Part shown: in pieces, positions 8,828 to 18,820 of the stretch
Layout of the letters: each line of letters opens with the position of its first letter
Position numbering within the stretch: the stretch's first letter is position 1
Source: a virus
Lineage: Duplodnaviria; Caudoviricetes
DNA length: 63,401 nucleotides
Reading direction: 5' to 3' (one strand)
IMG/VR virus record: IMGVR_UViG_3300025154_000092
Span: 1 to 63,401 of that record
Notes under the pieces: model-generated
Database searches by the model: none
The model's input: the letters and a program-made list of their open reading frames with translations, nothing else
Told to the model about the DNA's origin: nothing
Position numbers and translations under genes: made by a program

Positions 8828-9040
8828 TTGGGAACTCAGATAATCGGTGATCCGAAGTGCGATCATTGCCACAAGAAGAGCCCTGTGTTTACAGAGGTTA
8901 AGCTGTTTGGAAAGAAGTGGCTGCTATGCCCTGAGTGCGGAAGCGCGCTCGGGGTTTTGTTTTCTCGGCGGGTAGCGGAGATCGTTGGCGGGCGGGAATA
9001 TTTGCTTCAGGACCTCAAGGATATGGCGGAAGGCCACTGA
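8828..9040 (+). CDS. Small zinc-finger-like protein
   Basis: CDHC...CPEC; SD AGGAG. Confidence 0.55.
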   Translation: MGTQIIGDPKCDHCHKKSPVFTEVKLFGKKWLLCPECGSALGVLFSRRVAEIVGGREYLLQDLKDMAEGH

Positions 9041-9068
9041 CTGAGGCTTTTGAAGCTACGGGGGGAAC

Positions 9069-9902
9069 ATGGAAAATACAAATGCGTATTGGGACAAAGA
9101 AGATTTCGAGGATTCGATTGTGAAGGCTTTCATTGGCCTTTACGAAGATCGCAATATTATCAAGGGCAGGTTTCCGGAAATGATGCCGACGCGTCGAGAT
9201 ATAGATGAAGTGCGGCGGTTTGGTTGCTATTTCCCTCCATCGGACCGCTTGGTTACTACCGGTGGTCTTGATCCTGAGAATGACGGATTTCCGGCATTTG
9301 CGGCATTCGCATATATAAATAATCGAACAAAGCCGGTAGAGGAAGACATTAGAGACTATATCGACCTCATGTGGGTGAAGCGGTTAAAACGCTTACCGGG
9401 TGGGTTCAAGACCGTTGGACATAAAGCCTATTATCAGTTGCTGATTTGGTGCCCGCAAATAGAAGGCGGTTCGTTTATTTCAAAGGAGTTCCTTGGTTTC
9501 GACAACAAAGGAAACCCTCATCTTGCAACCCATGGAAATGTGCTTGCCTACGAAAGAGCAGCGATTGAATGCTTTCAATTGAGGGCGTCTACCACGATAC
9601 AGTTCTACCAGGATCGCCGGTATCTTTGGAACGTGGCCGCGCAAGAGGGAGCTGCCAAGGCGCAGTTTGGGGTGTACGAGGAGCAGGTGAAAAGCCTCTT
9701 TTATGCTCGACAACTCCCGATGACCGACACTGGAAGAAAGAGACCAATTCTTCATTGGGTTCGGGCACATCGTCGGCGGTTGAAGGCGGGAACCGATATA
9801 TCTATCGAGAAGTTCCTGCGCGGAGTGACAAAGTTCGAGATGAATGGCACGGTCTTCGAGATCACCAGACCAACGAAGCAGCTACCTGGAGAGAGCGCGT
9901 AA
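9069..9902 (+). CDS. Hypothetical protein (277 aa)
   Basis: Long ORF with G-rich SD; HWVRAHRR motif near C-terminus. Confidence 0.7.
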   Translation: MENTNAYWDKEDFEDSIVKAFIGLYEDRNIIKGRFPEMMPTRRDIDEVRRFGCYFPPSDRLVTTGGLDPENDGFPAFAAFAYINNRTKPVEEDIRDYIDLMWVKRLKRLPGGFKTVGHKAYYQLLIWCPQIEGGSFISKEFLGFDNKGNPHLATHGNVLAYERAAIECFQLRASTTIQFYQDRRYLWNVAAQEGAAKAQFGVYEEQVKSLFYARQLPMTDTGRKRPILHWVRAHRRRLKAGTDISIEKFLRGVTKFEMNGTVFEITRPTKQLPGESA

Positions 9903-9926
9903 GTTATCAGACTTACGAGATGGGGA

Positions 9927-10142
9927 GTGATGGAAGAGAACCGCATAGTGAAACTGATCCTGGACCTGCGGATTGATTTCGAGCTGACACAGGAGGGCCT
10001 GGCCGCACGGTTGGGAGTGAGCGGTTCGATGGTGTCGCGGTGGGAGTCGGGCGAGTGTGTGCCAAGCCGTGTGCATTGGCGGGCGCTGCAGAAGTGTTTC
10101 GAGGGGATTGTGTCGTTGCCGGATCTGGAGAGTCTGAGATGA
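9927..10142 (+). CDS. XRE-family HTH protein
   Basis: LTQEGLAARLGVSGSMVSRWESGECVP. Confidence 0.85.
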   Translation: MMEENRIVKLILDLRIDFELTQEGLAARLGVSGSMVSRWESGECVPSRVHWRALQKCFEGIVSLPDLESLR

Positions 10143-10462
10143 AAGAACTTATCCTGGATAAAAACCGCAAGATCATTACGCCATGGCTGACGAGCGACGA
10201 GGCGGCGCTCTACTGCGGGATCCACCGCAACACATTCGACCTGCATTCGGTTGGAGTGCCCTTCGGCGGCAGCAGGAGCCACAGGCGATGGCATGCCCGA
10301 ACGCTCGACAAGTGGGTGAACAACGAACTCGACACCCCCTTCTCCCCGCATCCCCGGGAAGGCCGTTCACGAATTAGTGAAAGCCGGAGGAAAAAAGCGA
10401 TCGGGAAACGGAGTGAGGAAGTCGGGTTGGTGGATCCCGGGACAGGAAAGGTGTTCGCATGA
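10139..10462 (+). CDS. Excisionase-like/AlpA-like HTH protein
   Basis: WLTSDEAALYCGIHRNTF...WHARTLDKWV; ATGA overlaps on both sides. Confidence 0.65.
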   Translation: MKELILDKNRKIITPWLTSDEAALYCGIHRNTFDLHSVGVPFGGSRSHRRWHARTLDKWVNNELDTPFSPHPREGRSRISESRRKKAIGKRSEEVGLVDPGTGKVFA

Positions 10463-11333
10463 ATGTTCAATCGTATATGTGCCCGTACAAAGGGAAACCG
10501 CGGCCGGTGCATCCGGCAGTGTGCGAGTGGCACATCCGGGAGCGGGATCCGGAGTGTTTGAAACAAGACTGCGCAGTCTACAAGGAGGGAGTGGCCAAGG
10601 ATGGAGGAAACAAAACAACCGGTTCTGACGCCGGTAATCGATAAGAAGATGCAAGCGCCGGAAGTGCCCCTGGATCCAAATGGCTTTGAGAGCACTCTCG
10701 CGTTTCTGGACAAGGTGATGGAGCGAAACGAGCGGATCAAGATCTGGGGGGCTGTTTTCAAGGTAATGAAGGTGCGGGCCGGCAAGGTCGTGCTGAAGTG
10801 CGTGAGGGACAAGAGCCCGTGAGTCGGGTGAGAGCGGCCCGCTGAAACCTCAATGGGGAGGTTGAGCGATGGGAAACAGGATCCTGGACATTGATTTTTA
10901 TGAAAACCCCAGAGGCAAAGTGTATCCGGTGACCCTGAAGGATGGCCAGAGAGTTTTTGTGCCGGTGCGCGGGGTGGTCGACGCGGTGCCCGGCGGCCTG
11001 GTTTTGCAGGAATGGTGTTACCGGTTCGTCATGAAGCAGAAACAGAAACAAAAGCAGGAGGCGACGGCGTGAAGAAAGAAAAACCTCCGTTGGGCATTAT
11101 GCCGGCACGGCTTTGGAGAGAGACAAGGATGCAGGGGTTGGCCGCGGCCATAGAACGGCGGACACGTGCGGGGTTGTTTGATGAAACGGTTGTGAGATGG
11201 TGTGATGAATTGACGGGGATGATCAGGGAACGGAATGGAATAGTGGAACTCGATCTGGGCACGGGATTTGTTCGTTAAGTCCCATGCAGAAGCGGTGATG
11301 ACGAATTCGACCGAATGAGGAGGAAAAAAACAG

Positions 11334-12254
11334 ATGAGAAGACTGATTTTGCACCACAACGACGCGGACGGAAAATGCGCGGCAGCGATCGCGGCCAGGT
11401 GGATGAACGAGCTAAAGGAGATTGATGTGCACTGCGAACGGGTGAACTACGGTGAGGAACCGCCGTGGGGCCTGCTCGAAAAGCTTGGGCCTGACGATCC
11501 GGTGTGGATTGTGGATTTTTCGTATGAGCCGGAGCAAATGCTTGAGATAGCCAGGAAGTATGGGCACAGGCTGTATTGGTTCGACCACCATGGGACATCG
11601 ATCGACAAGCTGCAGGCGATCATGGACCCATTTGGCATTGAGGGCCGGCGGCAAGTGGGCATTGCCGGGTGCATGCTTGTTTGGCAATTCTGCCACAGGA
11701 GCAGGCGCCCGCCGCTGGCCGTGGAGTACATTGCGGACCGGGATTTGTGGAAGTTCGCGCATGGGGACAGGACCCGGTGGTTCTATGAAAAGTATCTCCT
11801 GGAGCAGGCGACTCATCCGCTTGCAAAAGTATGGGACACCTGGTTCGAGATGACGGAGTGGCAGTACGAGAACTACCTGCGAAGCGGCGAAGAGCTCCAC
11901 CGGGCCCGAAGAGGCATGCTGCAGGGGATTGCCCGGCGGATAGGGTATGAGTGCAACCTTCTTTATCTTCCGGGTGATTTTTCGCCGCTTCAGCCACCCG
12001 GCAAGCCGGATGAAAAAGTACCGGCAAAACAACTGAAGGTGCTGAAAGTCAATTTCCCGGGATCCGGCGACATGGGCGAGGTGATTCGGGAGATGGGCTA
12101 TGACCTTGCCTGGGTGTACTGCGAGGAGTACCGCAACGGCAAGATGGGAAGGGTGAACAGCCTCTACAGTGAGAAGGTGGACGTGGGCGAGATCGCCAAG
12201 GGGCATGGCGGCGGCGGGCACAAGGGCGCGGCCGGGTTTGTGGAGGTGATATGA
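11334..12254 (+). CDS. DHH/DHHA1 family phosphoesterase
   Basis: HHNDADG, IVDFS, WFDHH, IADRDLW, GGGHKGAAGF. Confidence 0.9.
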   Translation: MRRLILHHNDADGKCAAAIAARWMNELKEIDVHCERVNYGEEPPWGLLEKLGPDDPVWIVDFSYEPEQMLEIARKYGHRLYWFDHHGTSIDKLQAIMDPFGIEGRRQVGIAGCMLVWQFCHRSRRPPLAVEYIADRDLWKFAHGDRTRWFYEKYLLEQATHPLAKVWDTWFEMTEWQYENYLRSGEELHRARRGMLQGIARRIGYECNLLYLPGDFSPLQPPGKPDEKVPAKQLKVLKVNFPGSGDMGEVIREMGYDLAWVYCEEYRNGKMGRVNSLYSEKVDVGEIAKGHGGGGHKGAAGFVEVI

Positions 12255-12625
12255 AAGCGATGATCATCATGGGACCTGCCGGATCGGGCAAAACCAAGAG
12301 AGCCGAGGAAGAGGCGCGGAAGAGAGGCGGCAAGTTCGTGGTTGTCTTCTGGGAAGACCTGAGACGTAATCGTTTCACCCTTGGCGCAGCTATGGCTTCG
12401 GAACCGGAGACCATAATAGTTGAAGGGCTCTCAGTCACGAAGGCAGCCGAGAGAGCGTACCTGAAACAGCTCGTGGCAGAAGATGAGCTCCTGGTCGAAG
12501 AGAGCTATACCCCGCGGCGCGCTGTTCGGGCACCATGGTTTATTTTCACTATGCAAAGCCCGCTGAAAATGGATTTAACGACATTGTTTGACGAACGGCG
12601 GTTTGAAGTCGTGGAGGTGCTGTGA
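12251..12625 (+). CDS. Small P-loop NTPase (SF3/AAA-like fragment)
   Basis: GPAGSGKT Walker A; ERRFEVV. Confidence 0.65.
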   Translation: MKAMIIMGPAGSGKTKRAEEEARKRGGKFVVVFWEDLRRNRFTLGAAMASEPETIIVEGLSVTKAAERAYLKQLVAEDELLVEESYTPRRAVRAPWFIFTMQSPLKMDLTTLFDERRFEVVEVL

Positions 12626-12951
12626 TGGGAAAGGCGGTGTTCAGCGGGTTGGGGAATACGGATCTGGTGGTGGCTAAGCTCGTGAGCGTGACAGCTATAG
12701 CCACTGGAGACCTGCTAAAAATCATGAGCTTGGGGCTCGACTCGAACGAAGTAGATCATGTTTATGGCCTGAGGCTGGTCATTGAAGGTAGCGATAAGCC
12801 GATGGAGTTCTACGACAAGGATAGATCGGTGATCGAGGCGAAGCGACTGGATCTGCTGGCTGCGATCGAGGCGTACTATGCGGGATATGAGGAACAAGTC
12901 GAAATCAAGATCCCGGTCGCGGATCTGGGGCAGGCAATAGGAGGTGAGTAA
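12622..12951 (+). CDS. Hypothetical protein
   Basis: SD GGAGG; overlap packing. Confidence 0.6.
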   Translation: MMGKAVFSGLGNTDLVVAKLVSVTAIATGDLLKIMSLGLDSNEVDHVYGLRLVIEGSDKPMEFYDKDRSVIEAKRLDLLAAIEAYYAGYEEQVEIKIPVADLGQAIGGE

Positions 12952-13526
12952 TGGCTGAATTCTGGATGATGTCGAACCGGCAACCGTGGGTGGAGGCGTT
13001 GCTGCGCGGGCTGATCACGACGAAGACAAGGGATCACGGTGTGGCGCTGCCACCTGTGGGCGCCACGGTGTTCCTGCATGCGGGAAAGAAGCTGTGGGAC
13101 GGCTGGCAGTTTTTGAAATGGATCCGGGGCGAGGTCTTGGAAATGAGCAGCCTGCCTGTGGGCGGAGTATGCGGAGTGGCCAGGGTCCGGGCTCGTGGCC
13201 CCACAAACGCATGTATGCCGGCAGAGGACAGGCCGTTCTTCGAATACACGATCGGTGGTGGAAGCTGCGCAGGGGTGATGTGTGTGGTGTTCGAGGACGT
13301 GAGGAGGATGCAGTTTATCCCATGCAGAGGCACGCAGCAGGCCACCAGGCGAGTCCCCGAGGCGGTGATGAAGGCCTACGAGGAGGGGCGCGTTAGCTCT
13401 CTCGCGGCCGATCAGGAGATTGTCTCCGGGAGCATCAAGCTGCCAATGACGCGGGATCATGAAAGGGAGATGCGGGCGTACTATGATTTTTCGAAGGGCG
13501 TAAGGGGGAAGCATCATCGTGGTTAG
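12951..13526 (+). CDS. ASCH/PUA-like domain protein
   Basis: SNRQPWVEALLRG..TKTR...VFLHAGK...PVGGVCGVA; SD AGGAGG. Confidence 0.65.
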   Translation: MAEFWMMSNRQPWVEALLRGLITTKTRDHGVALPPVGATVFLHAGKKLWDGWQFLKWIRGEVLEMSSLPVGGVCGVARVRARGPTNACMPAEDRPFFEYTIGGGSCAGVMCVVFEDVRRMQFIPCRGTQQATRRVPEAVMKAYEEGRVSSLAADQEIVSGSIKLPMTRDHEREMRAYYDFSKGVRGKHHRG

Positions 13527-13726
13527 TTTACGGACACTACGGAAGGAGAAAAGAATGGCTCTGAAGCAGATAGTGTATGAGATGTGTCAGAGATGCGGCG
13601 AGAAGCAGGTTACAGAAGATGGTGAGTATTTGCACTATGGGCATAATTGCAAAAAAGCTCCCCCTGGCCCGCCGAACCCACCAAGAAGAGTCAAGAAAAG
13701 CGCTGTAATGTTTGTGAGGCAGGGCG

Positions 13727-13975
13727 ATGAACCATCCAGGTATTAACATAAAACTACTTAGGAAATCACGAGGTATCAGTCAATCTGACCTAGCGTTACT
13801 GACTGGCATGAGTAAGAGTTTCCTTTCGGAAGTGGAAAACTGCAAAACCGAAATCAGCGCTAGGAGATTGTGGCAGATAGCGCACTACCTGGAGACCACG
13901 ATGGATGCACTTATGGAGATGAATATCCCCCCACCGCACCCACGCAAGGCGGACGGGCACAGGAGAAAAGCATGA
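13727..13975 (+). CDS. XRE-family HTH protein
   Basis: IKLLRKSRGISQSDLALLTGMSKSFLSEVEN. Confidence 0.88.
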   Translation: MNHPGINIKLLRKSRGISQSDLALLTGMSKSFLSEVENCKTEISARRLWQIAHYLETTMDALMEMNIPPPHPRKADGHRRKA

Positions 13976-14168
13976 TCTACATCGGTATCCTAATAGGCAT
14001 TACCGTTACCCTGATCGCAATACAAATTACTGCGGTAGTGGTCAACGTCAAGCGGGAATCAAGGACAATCGACTATAACGAGCGCACCCTTGCCGCCCTG
14101 GAGCGGAGGAACGAGATCGGGGTAACAATGAATGAATACCTTTACTTCATTAGTGAGGGGTTGAAAAA

Positions 14169-14501
14169 ATGACCGACGCTGAACGGATTCGCAAACTCAC
14201 GGAGTGGATGGAATGGGAATGGATTGACCCGTTGCACATCAAGGACAAAGGTGGGTATGTATTTGATGGTACGCACTGGAACCCCCTCACGCGCATACAG
14301 GACGTGGACATGCTTGAGGGTGAAGTATTCAAAAGAGGTCTTGAATGGAAGTATGTTCCGGCTCTCATTAAGGTCATCCACGGTCCCCATACGAAATACC
14401 ATGACCTCACTGTAAGGGGAGTCTGGTTTCTGATTCGCGCCACACCTGAACAACGCTGCGCAGCCATAGAAGCACTCATGGAGGACAAATGCAAACAGTA
14501 A
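14169..14501 (+). CDS. Hypothetical phage protein
   Basis: WNPLTRIQD and ATPEQRCAA patterns; overlap packing. Confidence 0.6.
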   Translation: MTDAERIRKLTEWMEWEWIDPLHIKDKGGYVFDGTHWNPLTRIQDVDMLEGEVFKRGLEWKYVPALIKVIHGPHTKYHDLTVRGVWFLIRATPEQRCAAIEALMEDKCKQ

Positions 14502-14845
14502 GCCGTGAGATGGCAAAGAAGCTGAAGGATGCGGGGTGGGAGAAGACTACCGCTTTTATCTACAATAGCTTGGGTCATCTGATTTATTTTCCGCGGGGCC
14601 CAGAAGATCCACTATCGCCCTGGGACATCCTAGCCCCCACTCTTGACGAGGTGCTGGAGGAGGTAAGTTTGGAGACTCTTGTTGCTTTTTATACGCAAAA
14701 AAGACACATGGATTTGCCATTTGACCGCACTGCCCACGGCTTAGTGTGGACTTACTTCATTAAATGGCTCTACACCACCATGCGCTCTGCCGACGCAGCT
14801 TCCGAGGTGTGGCTGCGGATTAAGGAGCCCCCATGCCCTACCTAA
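14489..14845 (+). CDS. Hypothetical phage protein
   Basis: VSREMAKKLKDAGW...APTLDEVL; SD GGAGG. Confidence 0.6.
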   Translation: MQTVSREMAKKLKDAGWEKTTAFIYNSLGHLIYFPRGPEDPLSPWDILAPTLDEVLEEVSLETLVAFYTQKRHMDLPFDRTAHGLVWTYFIKWLYTTMRSADAASEVWLRIKEPPCPT

Positions 14846-15450
14846 TCCTATTGGCAGTAATCGTGCTGCTGGCGTGGTGTGCGAAGGAGGAGACCAAATG
14901 AACCAGATTCCGAGCGAAGGGTAGTTCTGTGGAACATGCCCGTGTTTAGGGGAGCAGTGTAAATTACGCCCATTACGGGCGTCGGAGAAATGAAATGGCT
15001 TTTGCTCAAATCTATGTGTGTTCGGAACACGGTGAAACTTGGCATCCCGAGCAGGTGGAGGAGATCGACACACAAAACGATGAGGTCTACCACTGGATGC
15101 GCTGTCCAGTGATGGACTGCCACCGAGAGGTTACGCCACTCATGCAGGACGGGAAATTGGTGTTCCATGCGCTCACAGGTGAAGAATTGTTTTGGGAGTC
15201 ATGTGAGCATGATAGCGAGGAATGAAGCAGTAAAGATTCAAGAAGGTGACTACGTGGAAACCCCCGACCATTTCCCGATCAGGACTGGCATCGTAAGGGT
15301 GGTGAGTCCGTGCGGAAGGTACGCAGTCGTTGAAAAGCAGTATGGCAGGAAGACATGGAAGAATCGCTATCGCATTGAGGAATTGAAATTCTGGAAAAGG
15401 ATTCTGTAGTTATCCGGACTGAGGAACTCAGCGAAAGGAAAGAGTGATCG

Positions 15451-16173
15451 ATGCCGAAACGAGTATACGAACTGATGTTCAATCCGGGCGAGGTTGTGGA
15501 GATCCGGGCGATCGGTGGGCTGAAGGGCCGGAATAAGGCCTGGGAAGGGGCGTGTTTCGGGGCGAAGGGCACAGTGTCGGGCTATTTCGATAATGCCGAG
15601 GCGTTCGGCGCCTCGGCGAAGGCCCTGGACGATGCCGGCGCCCACGGGGTCTATTACACCCTGAACCCCTGCCGGCCGGCGCTGATTGCCAGGGCATATA
15701 ACCGGCTGAAGGCCAACATCCATACGACAACCGATGGCGAGATTGAGCTGATACGCTGGCTGCCGATCGATCTGGATCCGCGGCGCCCTACCGGCATTTC
15801 CTCTTCGCAGGCGGAATTGGATGCGGCCGTCTCAACGGCCAAGCTTGTTGCCGAGCACCTGGAGGGTGATCTGAAATGGGCCAGAGGACTGCGAGCCTTC
15901 AGCGGGAACGGCTACCATCTGATGTATCGGCTGCCAGACTACCGGAACAGCGAGGAGTATATCCAGAAAATCAGGGATATCCTCGCCTATCTGTCTGGGA
16001 AGTTCACCAGCGATCGTGTGATCATTGATGAGGTGGTGCATAATCCCGCACGAATTTGGAAGTGCTATGGGACGCACGCACGGAAGGGAGACAGCATACC
16101 GGAGCGACCACATCGCGTGAGTAGGATTCTGTCAAAGGAGCAGAAACTGGCGGATGTGGAAGTGACGGAATGA
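15451..16173 (+). CDS. Primase catalytic subunit (AEP/PrimPol-like)
   Basis: IDLDP acidic motif, SGNGYH motif, NPARIWKCYG; translationally coupled (ATGA) to next gene. Confidence 0.8.
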   Translation: MPKRVYELMFNPGEVVEIRAIGGLKGRNKAWEGACFGAKGTVSGYFDNAEAFGASAKALDDAGAHGVYYTLNPCRPALIARAYNRLKANIHTTTDGEIELIRWLPIDLDPRRPTGISSSQAELDAAVSTAKLVAEHLEGDLKWARGLRAFSGNGYHLMYRLPDYRNSEEYIQKIRDILAYLSGKFTSDRVIIDEVVHNPARIWKCYGTHARKGDSIPERPHRVSRILSKEQKLADVEVTE

Positions 16174-18050
16174 GCAAAATCGACGAGACCGCAAAGCGTG
16201 CTCCTAAGAAGGAGACGTCACAGGCGCCTGCAGGAAAAGCCCGAGGTGTAGGCAAGGGCAACCTCGGGATGATGGACCTGGGCGCGTACCTGCGGGACCA
16301 CGGGCAGCCATTCCACGAAAAAAAGCTGCGAGACAAAGAGAAAGCCCACCTCACATACTTCGTACTCGAGAACGGGTGACTCTTCGACGAGAATCACCGG
16401 GGCGGTGAAGCGGCAATAGTGCAGTCACCTGAAAAGCCGTTCCTCTTCTACTTCTGCTATCACACCAGTTGCAAGAAGCACACATTCAAGGAAGCGCGGG
16501 CGAAGATCTCCGGCCAGGAGTCGCTGGCCAAGTATTACCCGGGGTATGACCCCAGCAAGCGGAGCAAGAAGCCAGGCACGGAGCTCGGCGCCGTGCTGGC
16601 AAAGTCAAGCATACCTTACCAGATTGAGTTTGAGTGCCTTTCACCCCGCATCCCCCCTCCCCACGAAGTAGACCCGTACACCTTCTTCGAAGAAGGTGCC
16701 AGGGGTACGCTGTCGTTTGTGCCGAAGCGGCTGGCGGATTACATGGCCGTGCTCCTGGGCCCCTTGTACGAGACCCTGGGGACCTGGTGGAGGTATGAAA
16801 ACGGGGTTTACCGGCGGATGGACGTTGGGGAGCTGCAGCACGTGGCGACAGTGGCATTGAGGGACCATGCTCGGCCGAACCAGGTGAACGCGGCCGTGGA
16901 GATTCTGGGGAACCTGGTTCGGCGCAGGCCCTCGGATTGGCCCAAGGAGAAACTCATAAACTGCCTGACGGGTATGTTGAACCCGGAGACGGGAAAGCTT
17001 GAGCCACACAGTCCTGCGTACCTGAGCCGGGTGCAGATAAAGTGCAAATATGACTGGAAGTATTTAGACGCGGCACAGCCGTTTATGGAGTTCCTGGAGG
17101 GGGCCCAGCCTGGAAAGGATAATGAGGCGTGCCGGACCATCCTGCACCGGTTTGGCGGGTATGTGCTGCTGCCTGACAACCGGTATGAGAAGGTGCTGCT
17201 CCTGAAGGGTGAGGGCGGGAATGGCAAAGGGACCTTTATCAACATCCTCAGCATGGTGATTGGAGAGGAGCACGTAAGCGCGTTGTCGCTGCATGACCTG
17301 GGAGAGCGGTTTAACACATACCGGCTGGAAACCTCGATCTTGAATGTTTCGACAGAGGTGAACCCTAAGAAGAGCGTTGAGACCGAGACGCTGAAGCAAG
17401 TGGTTTCCGGTGATCTGATCAAGGGCGAAGAGAAGTTCGGCAAGCAGTTCGAATTCAGGCCTAGGACGAAATGTATCTTCTCTCTGAACAAGAAGCCGAT
17501 CCTTCAGGACGTGGGGTATGCCCTGGAGCGCCGGCTGATTGTTGTGCCGTTTGACACGACATTCGAGGGCAAAACGAAGGTGGAAAGCATCTGGGACAGG
17601 TGCGTGGAAGGTGATGGGCGCCATGGCGTGTTTATGTGGATGGTGCTGGGCCTGGAGGAGCTGCTCAAGAACGGATTTGAGCTGACAGGCAGGGTGAAGA
17701 GCACAACGACGGCATTCCTGCGATCGCTAAACCCGGTGATGATTTTTGTCCAGGACGTATGTCGCCTACGACCTGGGGACAATAAGGTGTTTGTGGGCAC
17801 GGTAGAACTCTACAAGAGGTACGTGCAATGGTGCGGCCACACAAAGCACAAAGAGATGGCCAGGACGAACTTCTGGGACATCATTGAGAGCATTCCGGGA
17901 GTACGGCGGGGGTTGCACCATAAGACAAGGCAGGCGAATTTCTTTGGAATCGAAATTAAGCCTGAAGACCTGGGTGAAGAGGCAGAAGGTTATGATGATC
18001 TTGAGGAGGTCGACCCCTCGACCCCTCAACCCCGTACCCCCTCTTCTTAG
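16170..18050 (+). CDS. Zn-finger + D5/P4-type SF3 helicase, 626 aa if UGA at codon 70 is decoded (candidate selenoprotein)
   Basis: ORFs 16170..16379 and 16419..18050 are in one frame separated only by TGA 16377-16379; reads LENG-U-LFDENH...FCYHTSC; Walker A GEGGNGKGT; INCLTGML D5_N-like motif; C-terminal winged helix. Confidence 0.8.
16377..16408 (+). promoter_or_regulatory. UGA plus candidate bacterial SECIS hairpin
   Basis: TCACCG(16394-16399)-GGG-CGGTGA(16403-16408); loop starts after 20 nt from UGA and begins with G. Confidence 0.65.
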
Positions 18051-18065
18051 TTCGCCTTACTGTTA

Positions 18066-18358
18066 CCTTCACGAAGGTTTGGGCGAAGGGTAAACGAAGG
18101 TTTTGCGAAGGTTTTGCGAGTTGGCAAGTGTCTGAAAACATTAATGAACGAAGGTTGCGAAGGTTTTCAGTGAGGTTAGTCCTTACTATTATGCACATAC
18201 TATCTCCTATTTATTCTCTTTTTGTCACTCCGTGCGAAAGGAGTAGCTCAGAAACCTTCGCAACCTTCGTAGTGGAGGAAGATCAAACACTTAGAAGACA
18301 AAAAACCTTCGTAAAAACCTTCGGGAAACCTTCGGAATGGGGGGTAAAAACCTTCGTA
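18066..18358. other. Replication origin with oppositely oriented iterons
   Basis: Six CGAAGG(TT) copies (18072-18165) and six AACCTTCG copies (18253-18356) flanking an AT-rich core (~18175-18225), right after the helicase gene. Confidence 0.8.
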
Positions 18359-18644
18359 ACCGGTCCTGAAGTGACGTTAAGTAGGTGCATGAAATGATGG
18401 CTGGCGAGTGCATTATTCGGCCAGCGACGGGATCGGCCGCGGTATAAGGCGAAGGATAGTGAATGGAAGCGAAGGTAGCCAGGTGGGCTACCTTCAGAAA
18501 GGGGGGTGGGGGGCACGGGTGAACGCTTGAATCATGGTGCCGAAAACCCACGAAGAATGGGAAATGAATGGAAAGGTGGTGGTGGAAGTGAACCTGGATG
18601 GATTCGAGGTGTGAACCGGTGGATGTTTGTCAATTTTTAACGAA

Positions 18645-18684
18645 CACGACTTGCTAACTTTAGTGGATAAGTTAGCAAGTCGTG
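18645..18684. other. lox/dif-like recombination site
   Basis: Perfect 16-bp inverted arms CACGACTTGCTAACTT / AAGTTAGCAAGTCGTG with 8-bp asymmetric spacer TAGTGGAT, upstream of a tyrosine recombinase. Confidence 0.65.
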
Positions 18685-18820
18685 AAAACGCGGAGAAGCA
18701 GGAACAACAAGGCTCTTGGGTGTTTTGGGGGATTCGGTTAAAAAATAGGCCTTGACAGATTGCCAACTAATAATGATGATACGGCAGAAAGTTGGCAAAT
18801 CTCGAAAGGGGGAAAACGGG

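Noticed and set aside
10829-10863. TGA followed at 20 nt by hairpin AACCTC-AATGGG-GAGGTT
   Set aside because: Loop starts AA, it is the second of two in-frame stops, and the frame closes soon after; more likely SD sequestration for the 10869 gene
18066-18358. CRISPR-like array
   Set aside because: Repeats are only 6-8 bp, irregularly spaced and in two orientations; no cas genes; fits iterons
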